From a virus: a DNA stretch of 64,000 nt. Shown here piece by piece: positions 55,843-62,394 of the stretch. Positions within the stretch are counted from its first letter, which is position 1. Each line of letters starts with the position of its first letter. The notes beneath the pieces were generated by a model. It was not told where the DNA came from. It did no database searches and was given only the letters and a program-made list of their open reading frames with translations. The position numbers and the translations under genes were made by a program. Location of the stretch: IMG/VR virus record IMGVR_UViG_3300024496_000011. One strand, given 5' to 3'.

Positions 55843-56924
55843 TTTAATTCAATTTGAGTTTTAATCCAGTTATAAGTTTTACGAATACCCTCTTCAAGAG
55901 TTTGAGAGTAATCCCAACCTAGTTTTTCGCGAATAAGATCATTGTTAGAATTTCGACCACGAACACCTAGAGGACCATCAATATGATTTTTTTCTACAAC
56001 TTTACCTGCGACTTTAGCAGCAGTATCTACTAGTTGATTAATAGTAACCATTTCTTCAGAACCAATATTCACAGGTCCAATAAAATCACTATCCATCAAT
56101 CTGCGGGTTGCTTCGATACATTCATCAATATACAAGAAGGAACGAGTTTGTAACCCGTCTCCCCACACCTCGATAGTTCCACCTTCCTCTGAAAGGTAGG
56201 CAACTTTACGGCAAATTGCTGCAGGAGATTTTTCCCTTCCCCCTTCCCAGGTTCCTTCAGGTCCAAAGATATTATGATACCGAGCAACCCGAACAGGGAT
56301 CCCGTGATTACGAGAATAAGCGAAAAACAACCGCTCTGAGAAGAGTTTTTCCCAACCATATTCAGAATCTGGTGCTGCGGGATATGCTGATTCTTCACGG
56401 CAATCTGGATTATTGGGATCAAGTTGATTATGTTCTGGATACATGCAAGCAGAACTAGAATAAAAGATTTTAGTCTGATAGTCTAGAACAGGTCGAACAC
56501 ATTCAGTACCATTATCTACACCATTAAAAGTTTCATTAAACTGACGCTGTGCTTCAAGAACATTAAGATTAATGGTTGCAGAGTTATGCATGATGTCTGC
56601 ATCATTTTCGCCAGTGAAAACAAATCCAGCACCACCCATATCTGCAGCAAACTGATAAATCTCATGGAAAGGGCGAATGTAACGATAAGGGACTGAATTA
56701 TAAAAATTACCCTGTTCGCCTTTGAATTCAAGGGTACATCGAACAAAACCCATGTCCCTCAAGTCTCCCAAAACAAATTCATCTGCTTCGGAAATTGAAA
56801 ACTCGGGATACTTAATATCAACTCCACGGACCCAATATCCCTCAGACTTTAATCTCTTTACCATGTGACTTCCAATGAATCCACCAGCACCTAATACAAG
56901 TGCAGTTTTCTTATAATCACTCAT
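55839..56924 (-). CDS. GDP-mannose 3,5-epimerase-like NAD-dependent epimerase
   Basis: GAGGFIGSH, QFAADMGGAGF, YSSSACMYP, YGWEK, RYHNIFGP. Confidence 0.88.
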   Translation of the reverse strand: MSDYKKTALVLGAGGFIGSHMVKRLKSEGYWVRGVDIKYPEFSISEADEFVLGDLRDMGFVRCTLEFKGEQGNFYNSVPYRYIRPFHEIYQFAADMGGAGFVFTGENDADIMHNSATINLNVLEAQRQFNETFNGVDNGTECVRPVLDYQTKIFYSSSACMYPEHNQLDPNNPDCREESAYPAAPDSEYGWEKLFSERLFFAYSRNHGIPVRVARYHNIFGPEGTWEGGREKSPAAICRKVAYLSEEGGTIEVWGDGLQTRSFLYIDECIEATRRLMDSDFIGPVNIGSEEMVTINQLVDTAAKVAGKVVEKNHIDGPLGVRGRNSNNDLIREKLGWDYSQTLEEGIRKTYNWIKTQIELK

Positions 56925-56950
56925 AGATCAATAAATTTCTCTTAGTATAT

Positions 56951-56989
56951 ATTATACAAAAAAAGAGGGGTTATGTAAACCCCTCTTTT
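56951..56989 (-). terminator. terminator with embedded promoter
   Basis: AAGAGGGGTT/AACCCCTCTT stem with U7; TTTACA-N17-TATAAT. Confidence 0.8.
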
Positions 56990-56995
56990 GAAAAT

Positions 56996-57396
56996 TCAGG
57001 CTCGCCACCAATTCTTTGACTGGAAATTGGAAACCAGGCGGAGAAAGAATTCCCCATCCGCACCACTTGCTCTTGAGAGAAGCAAGAAACTCATAGGGGT
57101 CATTTGACTCCACCACTTAGTTTTGAGAAACTAAGAAAAGTTGGGTTAACTTTGATATCTCGGTAATACCAAAGAATGCACATAAGAATAATACATCCCA
57201 AAGTTTTAGTTTAATAGCAAAAGGTATTGTGAGTAGTCCCCCAATAACTTTTATCATTAAACCGTATTTAAATTCTCCCCACAACATAGTTTGATAACCA
57301 ATTATAAGGAGAATGTTTCCAATCCACCGAAGCAAATCAGATTTAGACATAAGGGGTTTTGCTCCCGACCAGTGCTGTTAAAGTCCATCCGTGACT
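56996..57396 (-). ncRNA. manA-like structured RNA split by an ORF
   Basis: 5' AGTCACGGATGGACT...CTGGTCGGGA; 3' CTTGCT/AGCAAG, GCGGA/TCCGC, CTGG/CCAG stems, CCAATT/AATTGG pseudoknot, GGCGAGCCTG; family identity is from recall. Confidence 0.6.
57117..57350 (-). CDS. 77-aa multi-pass membrane protein inside the manA-like RNA
   Basis: three hydrophobic segments. Confidence 0.65.
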   Translation of the reverse strand: MSKSDLLRWIGNILLIIGYQTMLWGEFKYGLMIKVIGGLLTIPFAIKLKLWDVLFLCAFFGITEISKLTQLFLVSQN

Positions 57397-57398
57397 AT

Positions 57399-57638
57399 TT
57401 ACTCATCATCATCTCTCACATAACAAGGAACACGATCTGGATCTAACCATTTCGCATATTCAATATCTTCCATTGCAGTAGAACATTGTAAAACATTATC
57501 AAAAAGATAAATGTCATTCCAGCGTTTGGTATACTCGTTTTGTTTTTGCATACGGTAATCAGGTTTACCGTTGATTTCAAGGATACCCGCCTCAATAAAG
57601 CGATATCCTTCTCGTTCAAGAAGAACTTTTGTCTTCAT
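57399..57638 (-). CDS. hypothetical protein
   Basis: NGKPDYRMQK...WLDPDRVPCY. Confidence 0.7.
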   Translation of the reverse strand: MKTKVLLEREGYRFIEAGILEINGKPDYRMQKQNEYTKRWNDIYLFDNVLQCSTAMEDIEYAKWLDPDRVPCYVRDDDE

Positions 57639-57850
57639 GCCACCTCTACAGATTCGAGATCAGCAAGAACATATTCCATAAGCATTTCATAGTCATCTAG
57701 AGGATCACCAGAGAATACTACACCTTCGTTCTCATAGTACCGACGAACCTTTTTGTAGAGTTTCGGATTCTTTACATCAAGGTAGAAGTCACCGTTTGCT
57801 GCTCCACGAAGAGTTTGGATGTCTTTCTTGAATTTTGCTGTGAGAGTCAT
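57635..57850 (-). CDS. hypothetical protein
   Basis: MTLTAKFKKD...KNPKLYKKVRRYYE; downstream of the promoter at 57873-57901. Confidence 0.7.
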   Translation of the reverse strand: MTLTAKFKKDIQTLRGAANGDFYLDVKNPKLYKKVRRYYENEGVVFSGDPLDDYEMLMEYVLADLESVEVA

Positions 57851-57872
57851 TGTTTTGAATGTTGACCTTAGT

Positions 57873-57901
57873 ATTATAAGGGGTTGACTTGAAGAAGTCA
57901 A
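57873..57901 (-). promoter_or_regulatory. sigma70 promoter with palindrome
   Basis: TTGACT-N17-TATAAT; TTGACTT-GAAG-AAGTCAA inverted repeat. Confidence 0.7.
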
Positions 57902-57926
57902 GGTGGACAGTAGAGTTTCTGTCCTA

Positions 57927-57999
57927 TGCTCGTCAGGGGAATCTAACCCCTCTTCGGCGCTTTATGAGAACGCTGCATTCGACAGATTGCTAGACGAGC
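57927..57999 (-). tRNA. tRNA(CAU), Met or Ile2
   Basis: GCTCGTC/GACGAGC acceptor, GCGTT-CTCATAA-AGCGC anticodon arm; atypical TTAGATT T-loop. Confidence 0.8.
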
Positions 58000-58433
58000 G
58001 TTTGTAAAAATTGATTCCAAGAATTTCCATTATGGAGTTCTTGATGACAATTATGACATAAAAGATCACACTTGTCTATTTCTTCTTTTAGAGTTTCATA
58101 CTTTGTATTTCCAAATCTTCTAGCATCAAGATTTAGTTCTTTTTGTGATGGATCTCTATGATGAAAGCACAGCATTGCTGGTCTGTTTTCACCACACTGT
58201 TGACATTTTCCACCTTTATTTTGAATTGCTTCCCATTTTCTTTCATAAGAAACTCTTTTTTGTCTTTCGTAAGTGTTTCTTTGTACTTGTTTAGGTTTAT
58301 AGTTTGTGTCGTTTTTATAACGCCATCTTTGTCTACAAGCATTGCTACACCATTTTTTTAGTCGTCCTTTTGTGACTCTTTCATTTAATATATCACAACC
58401 ACAATTATGACAGGTAGATATTAAAGTAAACAT
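57990..58433 (-). mobile_element. HNH endonuclease
   Basis: CQQCG...FHHRDP...KCDLLCHNCHQELH; stop codon lies inside the tRNA(CAU). Confidence 0.85.
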
Positions 58434-58451
58434 ATTGGTGTTATGAATATA

Positions 58452-58478
58452 TACATAATTATTTATAAAAATTATGTA
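58452..58478 (-). promoter_or_regulatory. hairpin enclosing a late promoter upstream of the HNH gene
   Basis: TACATAATT/AATTATGTA stem with TATAAATA across the loop. Confidence 0.65.
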
Positions 58479-58479
58479 A

Positions 58480-58551
58480 TGGGAATACTGGGAGTTGAAC
58501 CCAGACTAAGCCCTTATAAGGAGCCCGCTCTAACCATTAAGCTATACTCCC
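58480..58551 (-). tRNA. tRNA-Ile(UAU)
   Basis: GGGAGTA/TATTCCC acceptor, CTTATAA anticodon loop, TTCAACT. Confidence 0.88.
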
Positions 58552-58590
58552 CTGAATCCAGATCTATAATAGCGGATCTGGAACGCTTTG

Positions 58591-58821
58591 TCAAGAACCT
58601 TCTTCGTGGTCGGTGTGTATTCGTATCACATCGTCGTCCACATCAGATTCTACTGCAAACTTTATGGTTTCGTTGTATGGAACAATCACTGCGCTTCTTT
58701 CTCCATCAGTAATAATAAACGATTCACCATTTTCTACTCTTTGTATTAGATTGTCAAAATCTGCTTGAAACTCTTCAACCGTAAATTTTTGGAGATCTGA
58801 AAGTTCTGGATACATTTTCAT
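58591..58821 (-). CDS. Phd/YefM antitoxin-like protein
   Basis: FTVEEFQADFDNLIQRVENGESFIITDGERSAVIVPY. Confidence 0.6.
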   Translation of the reverse strand: MKMYPELSDLQKFTVEEFQADFDNLIQRVENGESFIITDGERSAVIVPYNETIKFAVESDVDDDVIRIHTDHEEGS

Positions 58822-58839
58822 AAAGTGAAGTTTTATGAG

Positions 58840-58913
58840 TCGGGGTGACAGGATTCGAACCTGCGACCCTCTGCTCCCAAAGCAGATGCGCTACCAAGCT
58901 GCGCTACACCCCG
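58840..58913 (-). tRNA. tRNA-Pro(UGG)
   Basis: CGGGGTG/CACCCCG acceptor, TTTGGGA loop. Confidence 0.95.
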
Positions 58914-59026
58914 TTACTTGTTTTTGTGTATGTACATAATACCAGCAAAAGGTACAACTGTCAATCCCATTCCACAAAGAAAAAGAAAGAAAGGACTTGC
59001 TGCTAGGGTTTCAACCAAGTGGAAAA

Positions 59027-59227
59027 TCATCTTCCTCTCCAGTTCTTGTATTCATAATACATGTATTGGTCAACTTCGTCAAGTCCTTGTAAAGGGGCGT
59101 TAACATTCCAAATAGACCATTCTTTGCAAAACTGTTTAATATCTATATTGTTTACAATATTGTGCCCATACATTCTCACAAAAGAAGACATTGCAAAATT
59201 GTATCTTTGTTTATTTGACATATGCAT
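59027..59227 (-). CDS. hypothetical protein
   Basis: 66-aa ORF. Confidence 0.6.
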   Translation of the reverse strand: MHMSNKQRYNFAMSSFVRMYGHNIVNNIDIKQFCKEWSIWNVNAPLQGLDEVDQYMYYEYKNWRGR

Positions 59228-59295
59228 AATTAAGTCCCCAATAAATCCACAAACTAATTGTAGAAAAATATATTAAGGATAATACAAAAAGTGTT

Positions 59296-59409
59296 TTAGT
59301 CATCTTCTTCGTCCTCGTAAGTTGATGGTTCTTCAAAGAGTTCATCCATTTTCTGTTGAAAAACTCTTTGGTATAGTTCTTGTAAGTCTTCTTCGGTGAA
59401 TCTTACCAT
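59296..59409 (-). CDS. 37-aa acidic peptide
   Basis: MVRFTEEDLQELYQRVFQQKMDELFEEPSTYEDEEDD; AGAGAGA RBS-like sequence. Confidence 0.45.
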   Translation of the reverse strand: MVRFTEEDLQELYQRVFQQKMDELFEEPSTYEDEEDD

Positions 59410-59414
59410 TCTCT

Positions 59415-59615
59415 CTATAAGGATATTTTTAACCAGGGTAATAGAGGAGGAATAACACCAACTAATCTTAAAAGTCCCTCAGCAAATAAAGCAAGAACCA
59501 CCCAACCGACGCACATACTAATGATAGAAGCATTACGGTTGTGTCTTCTGATAGCATCATCGATCATCTCCTGAACTTCAGAACGGGTAATAAACTCTTC
59601 TTGTTCGTGCATCAT
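59415..59615 (-). CDS. small membrane protein
   Basis: TRSEVQEMIDDAIRRHNRNASIISM followed by a TM segment. Confidence 0.7.
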   Translation of the reverse strand: MMHEQEEFITRSEVQEMIDDAIRRHNRNASIISMCVGWVVLALFAEGLLRLVGVIPPLLPWLKISL

Positions 59616-59761
59616 TTCTCGTCTCCAAGAAACTTTGCAAGAGGATCTTTGCGGGTTTTTAAAATCTCACATGCTCTATAATAAAACATATTATTGGTGT
59701 TACCAGAGGCTTCAAAAGTTGCCTTGATCTTCACCCAATTTTCATAGGTGTGTTGATCCAT
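59612..59761 (-). CDS. 49-aa hypothetical protein
   Basis: MDQHTYENWVKIKATFEASGNTNNMFYYRACEI; ATGA overlap. Confidence 0.55.
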   Translation of the reverse strand: MDQHTYENWVKIKATFEASGNTNNMFYYRACEILKTRKDPLAKFLGDEK

Positions 59762-59874
59762 AGGTTTGTCCCTGTGATACTATTATATACTAATCACAGA
59801 CACTTCAAAGTCAACTTTTTGTGTTCATATCGTAACACTGTTGAAGAAATTATTAAATTTGTAAGTTATCTTAA

Positions 59875-59957
59875 CGGAAAGAACAGGAATCGAACCTGCG
59901 AGGGCGTTAACCCCAGCCGCTTTCAAGGCGGTGTCCTCGACCAACCGGACTCTTTCC
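59875..59957 (-). tRNA. tRNA-Ser(UGA)
   Basis: GGAAAGA/TCTTTCC acceptor, CTTGAAA loop, long variable arm. Confidence 0.93.
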
Positions 59958-59967
59958 AGTAATAGGT

Positions 59968-60219
59968 TCAACGAACCTCAAAATCCAAACGCTTTACTTT
60001 GCGTTGGCGTCTTGCCTCTTGCCAGGCAATATCTTGTGAAGTCAGAACATTTGATTTTTGTTCTTTCTGAATAGAGTTTAGCATAACAATACGAGATAAG
60101 TCAACTGCTGAAACTTTATCTCCACGGATCGTTGCCATATTAGGACATCCACAAGTGACTGTTTTTGATGGGTGTCCTGTTAATTCTTTATTGCAATCTT
60201 TGCATCTTATTGAAATCAT
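59968..60219 (-). CDS. Cys-motif hypothetical protein
   Basis: CKDC...CGCPN. Confidence 0.7.
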   Translation of the reverse strand: MISIRCKDCNKELTGHPSKTVTCGCPNMATIRGDKVSAVDLSRIVMLNSIQKEQKSNVLTSQDIAWQEARRQRKVKRLDFEVR

Positions 60220-60234
60220 TATTCTTCATCCTAT

Positions 60235-60669
60235 TCATTGTAAGTGAGACCTTAACATCCAAATAAACTTACCGTGAGACTCCATCAAATCTTGAACTAG
60301 ATTAGCAGTTGCATATTGCTTTTGTGCTTCGGATTCCTCTGAAATCTCTTGCATCATTTCACAAAACTTTTCATTATTTTCAAGAAGTTCTTGAAGCATT
60401 TCTCTTGCTCCAGATGAACTTGCTGCTTCTTTGATTTGAGTTACCTCAAGCATTCTCGAAAGAGAACTGAGAGGTTTTACATTCAAATAACGCATATGTT
60501 CTGAGAGACGATCGATCTCTTCAAACATAGTCTCATACTGACCACCAAAAAGTTGATGGAGTTGAGTAAAGTCTTCACCTACAACATTCCAGTGAAATGC
60601 CCAAGTTTTATGGAATAAAACAAAAAGCGATGACTGTGCATCACTCAAGAGTTTATAAAGTTTTTCCAT
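60235..60669 (-). CDS. dps: Dps/ferritin-like protein
   Basis: HKTWAFHWNVVG.DF..LH.LF..QYE......D..SEH...H.K..WML. Confidence 0.92.
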   Translation of the reverse strand: MEKLYKLLSDAQSSLFVLFHKTWAFHWNVVGEDFTQLHQLFGGQYETMFEEIDRLSEHMRYLNVKPLSSLSRMLEVTQIKEAASSSGAREMLQELLENNEKFCEMMQEISEESEAQKQYATANLVQDLMESHGKFIWMLRSHLQ

Positions 60670-60699
60670 TATACTCTTTTTTTATTTTTATTTATCAAG

Positions 60700-60772
60700 T
60701 GGGAGCAGAGGGATTCGAACCCCCGACATTCTGCGTGTAAAGCAGACGCTGCTACCGCTGAGCTATGCTCCC
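60700..60772 (-). tRNA. tRNA-Val(UAC)
   Basis: GGGAGCA/TGCTCCC acceptor, TTTACAC loop. Confidence 0.93.
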
Positions 60773-61183
60773 GTATTTAGGATGCCCACCGTTTTTATAT
60801 CTTCCACCTCTACTCTTATTTGGAGGTTGAGTTTTAAGAGAGTGGCAATTTGGACAGAGAACCTGCAAATTGCTTGGCGAATGATTAAATGGGTCATCGT
60901 CAATATGGTCGATTTCTAATGGAACTTTACCAGTATGGATATTAGTTCCAGACCAACCACATTTAGAGCACTTGTGTAGTGCTTCCTCCAAAAGATAGTT
61001 TCTTACATATTGCGATAAATTGTAAGAAGAACCACCTGAAACTAAACCTTGTTTCCATTCAGTAATATACTGATTTCTTGTGTGTTCTTGTTGACATTTG
61101 TTGTTACAATACTTACCTCTTTTATGATAAGGATTGTAAGTAAATATCGTAGAACAATTTAAACAAGTAGCGGTTTGTTTCAT
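60752..61183 (-). mobile_element. HNH endonuclease
   Basis: CSKCGW...LEIDHIDDD..N...NLQVLCPNCHSLKT; last 7 codons overlap tRNA-Val. Confidence 0.88.
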
Positions 61184-61188
61184 CAGTT

Positions 61189-61225
61189 TAGTAGAACACT
61201 TTATTATTTATAAGGTATTCTACTA
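61189..61225 (-). promoter_or_regulatory. hairpin enclosing a late promoter upstream of the HNH gene
   Basis: TAGTAGAATAC/GTGTTCTACTA stem, TATAAATA in the loop. Confidence 0.7.
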
Positions 61226-61226
61226 A

Positions 61227-61298
61227 CTCCCCCGACAAGATTCGAACTTGTGACCTGGAAATTAACAGTTTCTCGCGCTACCGCTGCGCCACAGGGGA
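61227..61298 (-). tRNA. tRNA-Asn(GUU)
   Basis: TCCCCTG/CGGGGGA acceptor, CTGTTAA loop. Confidence 0.93.
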
Positions 61299-61353
61299 AT
61301 AAGTGTAGGTGAACCAACCTACAGTTTAGAGATTGCTCTCAAGGTCTTTTATG

Positions 61354-61428
61354 TGCCTCTGGCTGGGAATCGAACCCAGTATCCAACTCCTTTGTCAGGG
61401 TGTCCTTACCAATAGACTACGCAGAGGA
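61354..61428 (-). ncRNA. non-canonical tRNA-like element
   Basis: intact D arm and T arm (CTGGG-TTCGATT-CCCAG), bulged acceptor stem, no 5-bp anticodon stem. Confidence 0.65.
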
Positions 61429-61540
61429 AATGGGAAGTATTAGAGGACTTCCCAGCAAGGGTGATCAATCCCTTGACCTATGAGAGTCCCATAGGATTTA
61501 GTTGGCGTCTTTCTATGCTATCTGCATAACGACTACCAAG

Positions 61541-61612
61541 AGCGAAAGACGAGATTCGAACTCGCAACAACCTGCTTGGAAGGCAGGGACTCTACCGTTG
61601 AGTTACTTTCGC
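61541..61612 (-). tRNA. tRNA-Gly(UCC)
   Basis: GCGAAAG/CTTTCGC acceptor, CTTCCAA loop. Confidence 0.93.
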
Positions 61613-61621
61613 AATGAGACA

Positions 61622-61650
61622 ATCATAAACTATTTAAGTTAGATTGTCAA
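61622..61650 (-). promoter_or_regulatory. sigma70 promoter for the Gly-Asn tRNA block
   Basis: TTGACA-N17-TATGAT. Confidence 0.75.
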
Positions 61651-61651
61651 G

Positions 61652-61733
61652 TGTCGATGAAAGGACTTGAACCTTCATGGATTGCTCCACTGGAACCTAA
61701 ACCCAGCGCGTATACCAATTCCGCCACATCGAC
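61652..61733 (-). tRNA. tRNA-Leu(UAG)
   Basis: GTCGATG/CATCGAC acceptor, TTTAGGT loop, long variable arm. Confidence 0.93.
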
Positions 61734-61830
61734 TAGATGGAGTAAGCGTAATATACCTCAAGGATATAACAGAGGCTTACCCTCTATCTTGCTACGGCAT
61801 TCTGGTTTATCTTTCCAGCGCAAGTAGCAA

Positions 61831-61904
61831 CGACTCAGGAGGGACTTGAACCCCCGACCAACTGCTTAGAAGGCAGATGCTCTATCCAACTGAGCTACTG
61901 AGTC
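61831..61904 (-). tRNA. tRNA-Arg(UCU)
   Basis: GACTCAG/CTGAGTC acceptor, CTTCTAA loop. Confidence 0.95.
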
Positions 61905-61922
61905 ATTTGTTTACCTGTATAT

Positions 61923-61949
61923 TGTATCACTCCTTAGGGCAGGTGTCAA
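61923..61949 (-). promoter_or_regulatory. sigma70 promoter for the Arg-Leu tRNA block
   Basis: TTGACA-N17-TACAAT; coordinates approximate. Confidence 0.65.
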
Positions 61950-62325
61950 CCCATGGAGCACATAACCTCATTTCACCTCCTAATAATTTTTGAGCTTCAG
62001 AGTTATCTGGAGCTTTCTCGATCAACCGTGGCAAAGGTACTCTAGGTGGATCTGAGTCTCTTGTCAAGCGTTCATAGTCACGAATCGCTTTATCCACATC
62101 ACGCTCAACCCTTCTATCCACTACACCAGGATCCTGAAGCAGTACATCGTTGATTATGGTGCCTGGGAACAGAGTCCTCTGAACCTCGTCTAGAAGGTCC
62201 CAGAGACGCTCCTGAGGCGCTCCAGTGCATTGGGAGAGGGTTGCTACGATAGCACTGAGTATGACGCTTATAAGGAGTATCTGCTTCTTATCTGGTTTCT
62301 TTTTTCCGAAGTTAAAATTGAACAT
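61927..62325 (-). CDS. hypothetical protein with an N-terminal hydrophobic segment
   Basis: 132-aa ORF. Confidence 0.65.
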   Translation of the reverse strand: MFNFNFGKKKPDKKQILLISVILSAIVATLSQCTGAPQERLWDLLDEVQRTLFPGTIINDVLLQDPGVVDRRVERDVDKAIRDYERLTRDSDPPRVPLPRLIEKAPDNSEAQKLLGGEMRLCAPWVDTCPKE

Positions 62326-62394
62326 AAAAAAAGAGGAGTAGCAACCACTCTCCTCTATTTATTATTCAGTTGTCATATTCTATATTTTATTGTA

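Noticed and set aside
58443-58712. Plus-strand 89-aa ORF
   Set aside because: Runs antisense through tRNA-Ile; its sequence is a translation of the tRNA complement.
59296-59409. Possible NblA homolog
   Set aside because: Short and helical but lacks the LSLEQxF motif; kept as hypothetical.
59750-59962. Plus-strand 70-aa ORF
   Set aside because: Antisense to tRNA-Ser.
61354-61428. Calling this a normal tRNA-Val(GAC) or tRNA-Cys
   Set aside because: No register gives a 5-bp anticodon stem with a 7-nt loop.
61667-61849. Plus-strand 60-aa ORF
   Set aside because: Antisense to tRNA-Leu, tRNA-Arg and the structured spacer.
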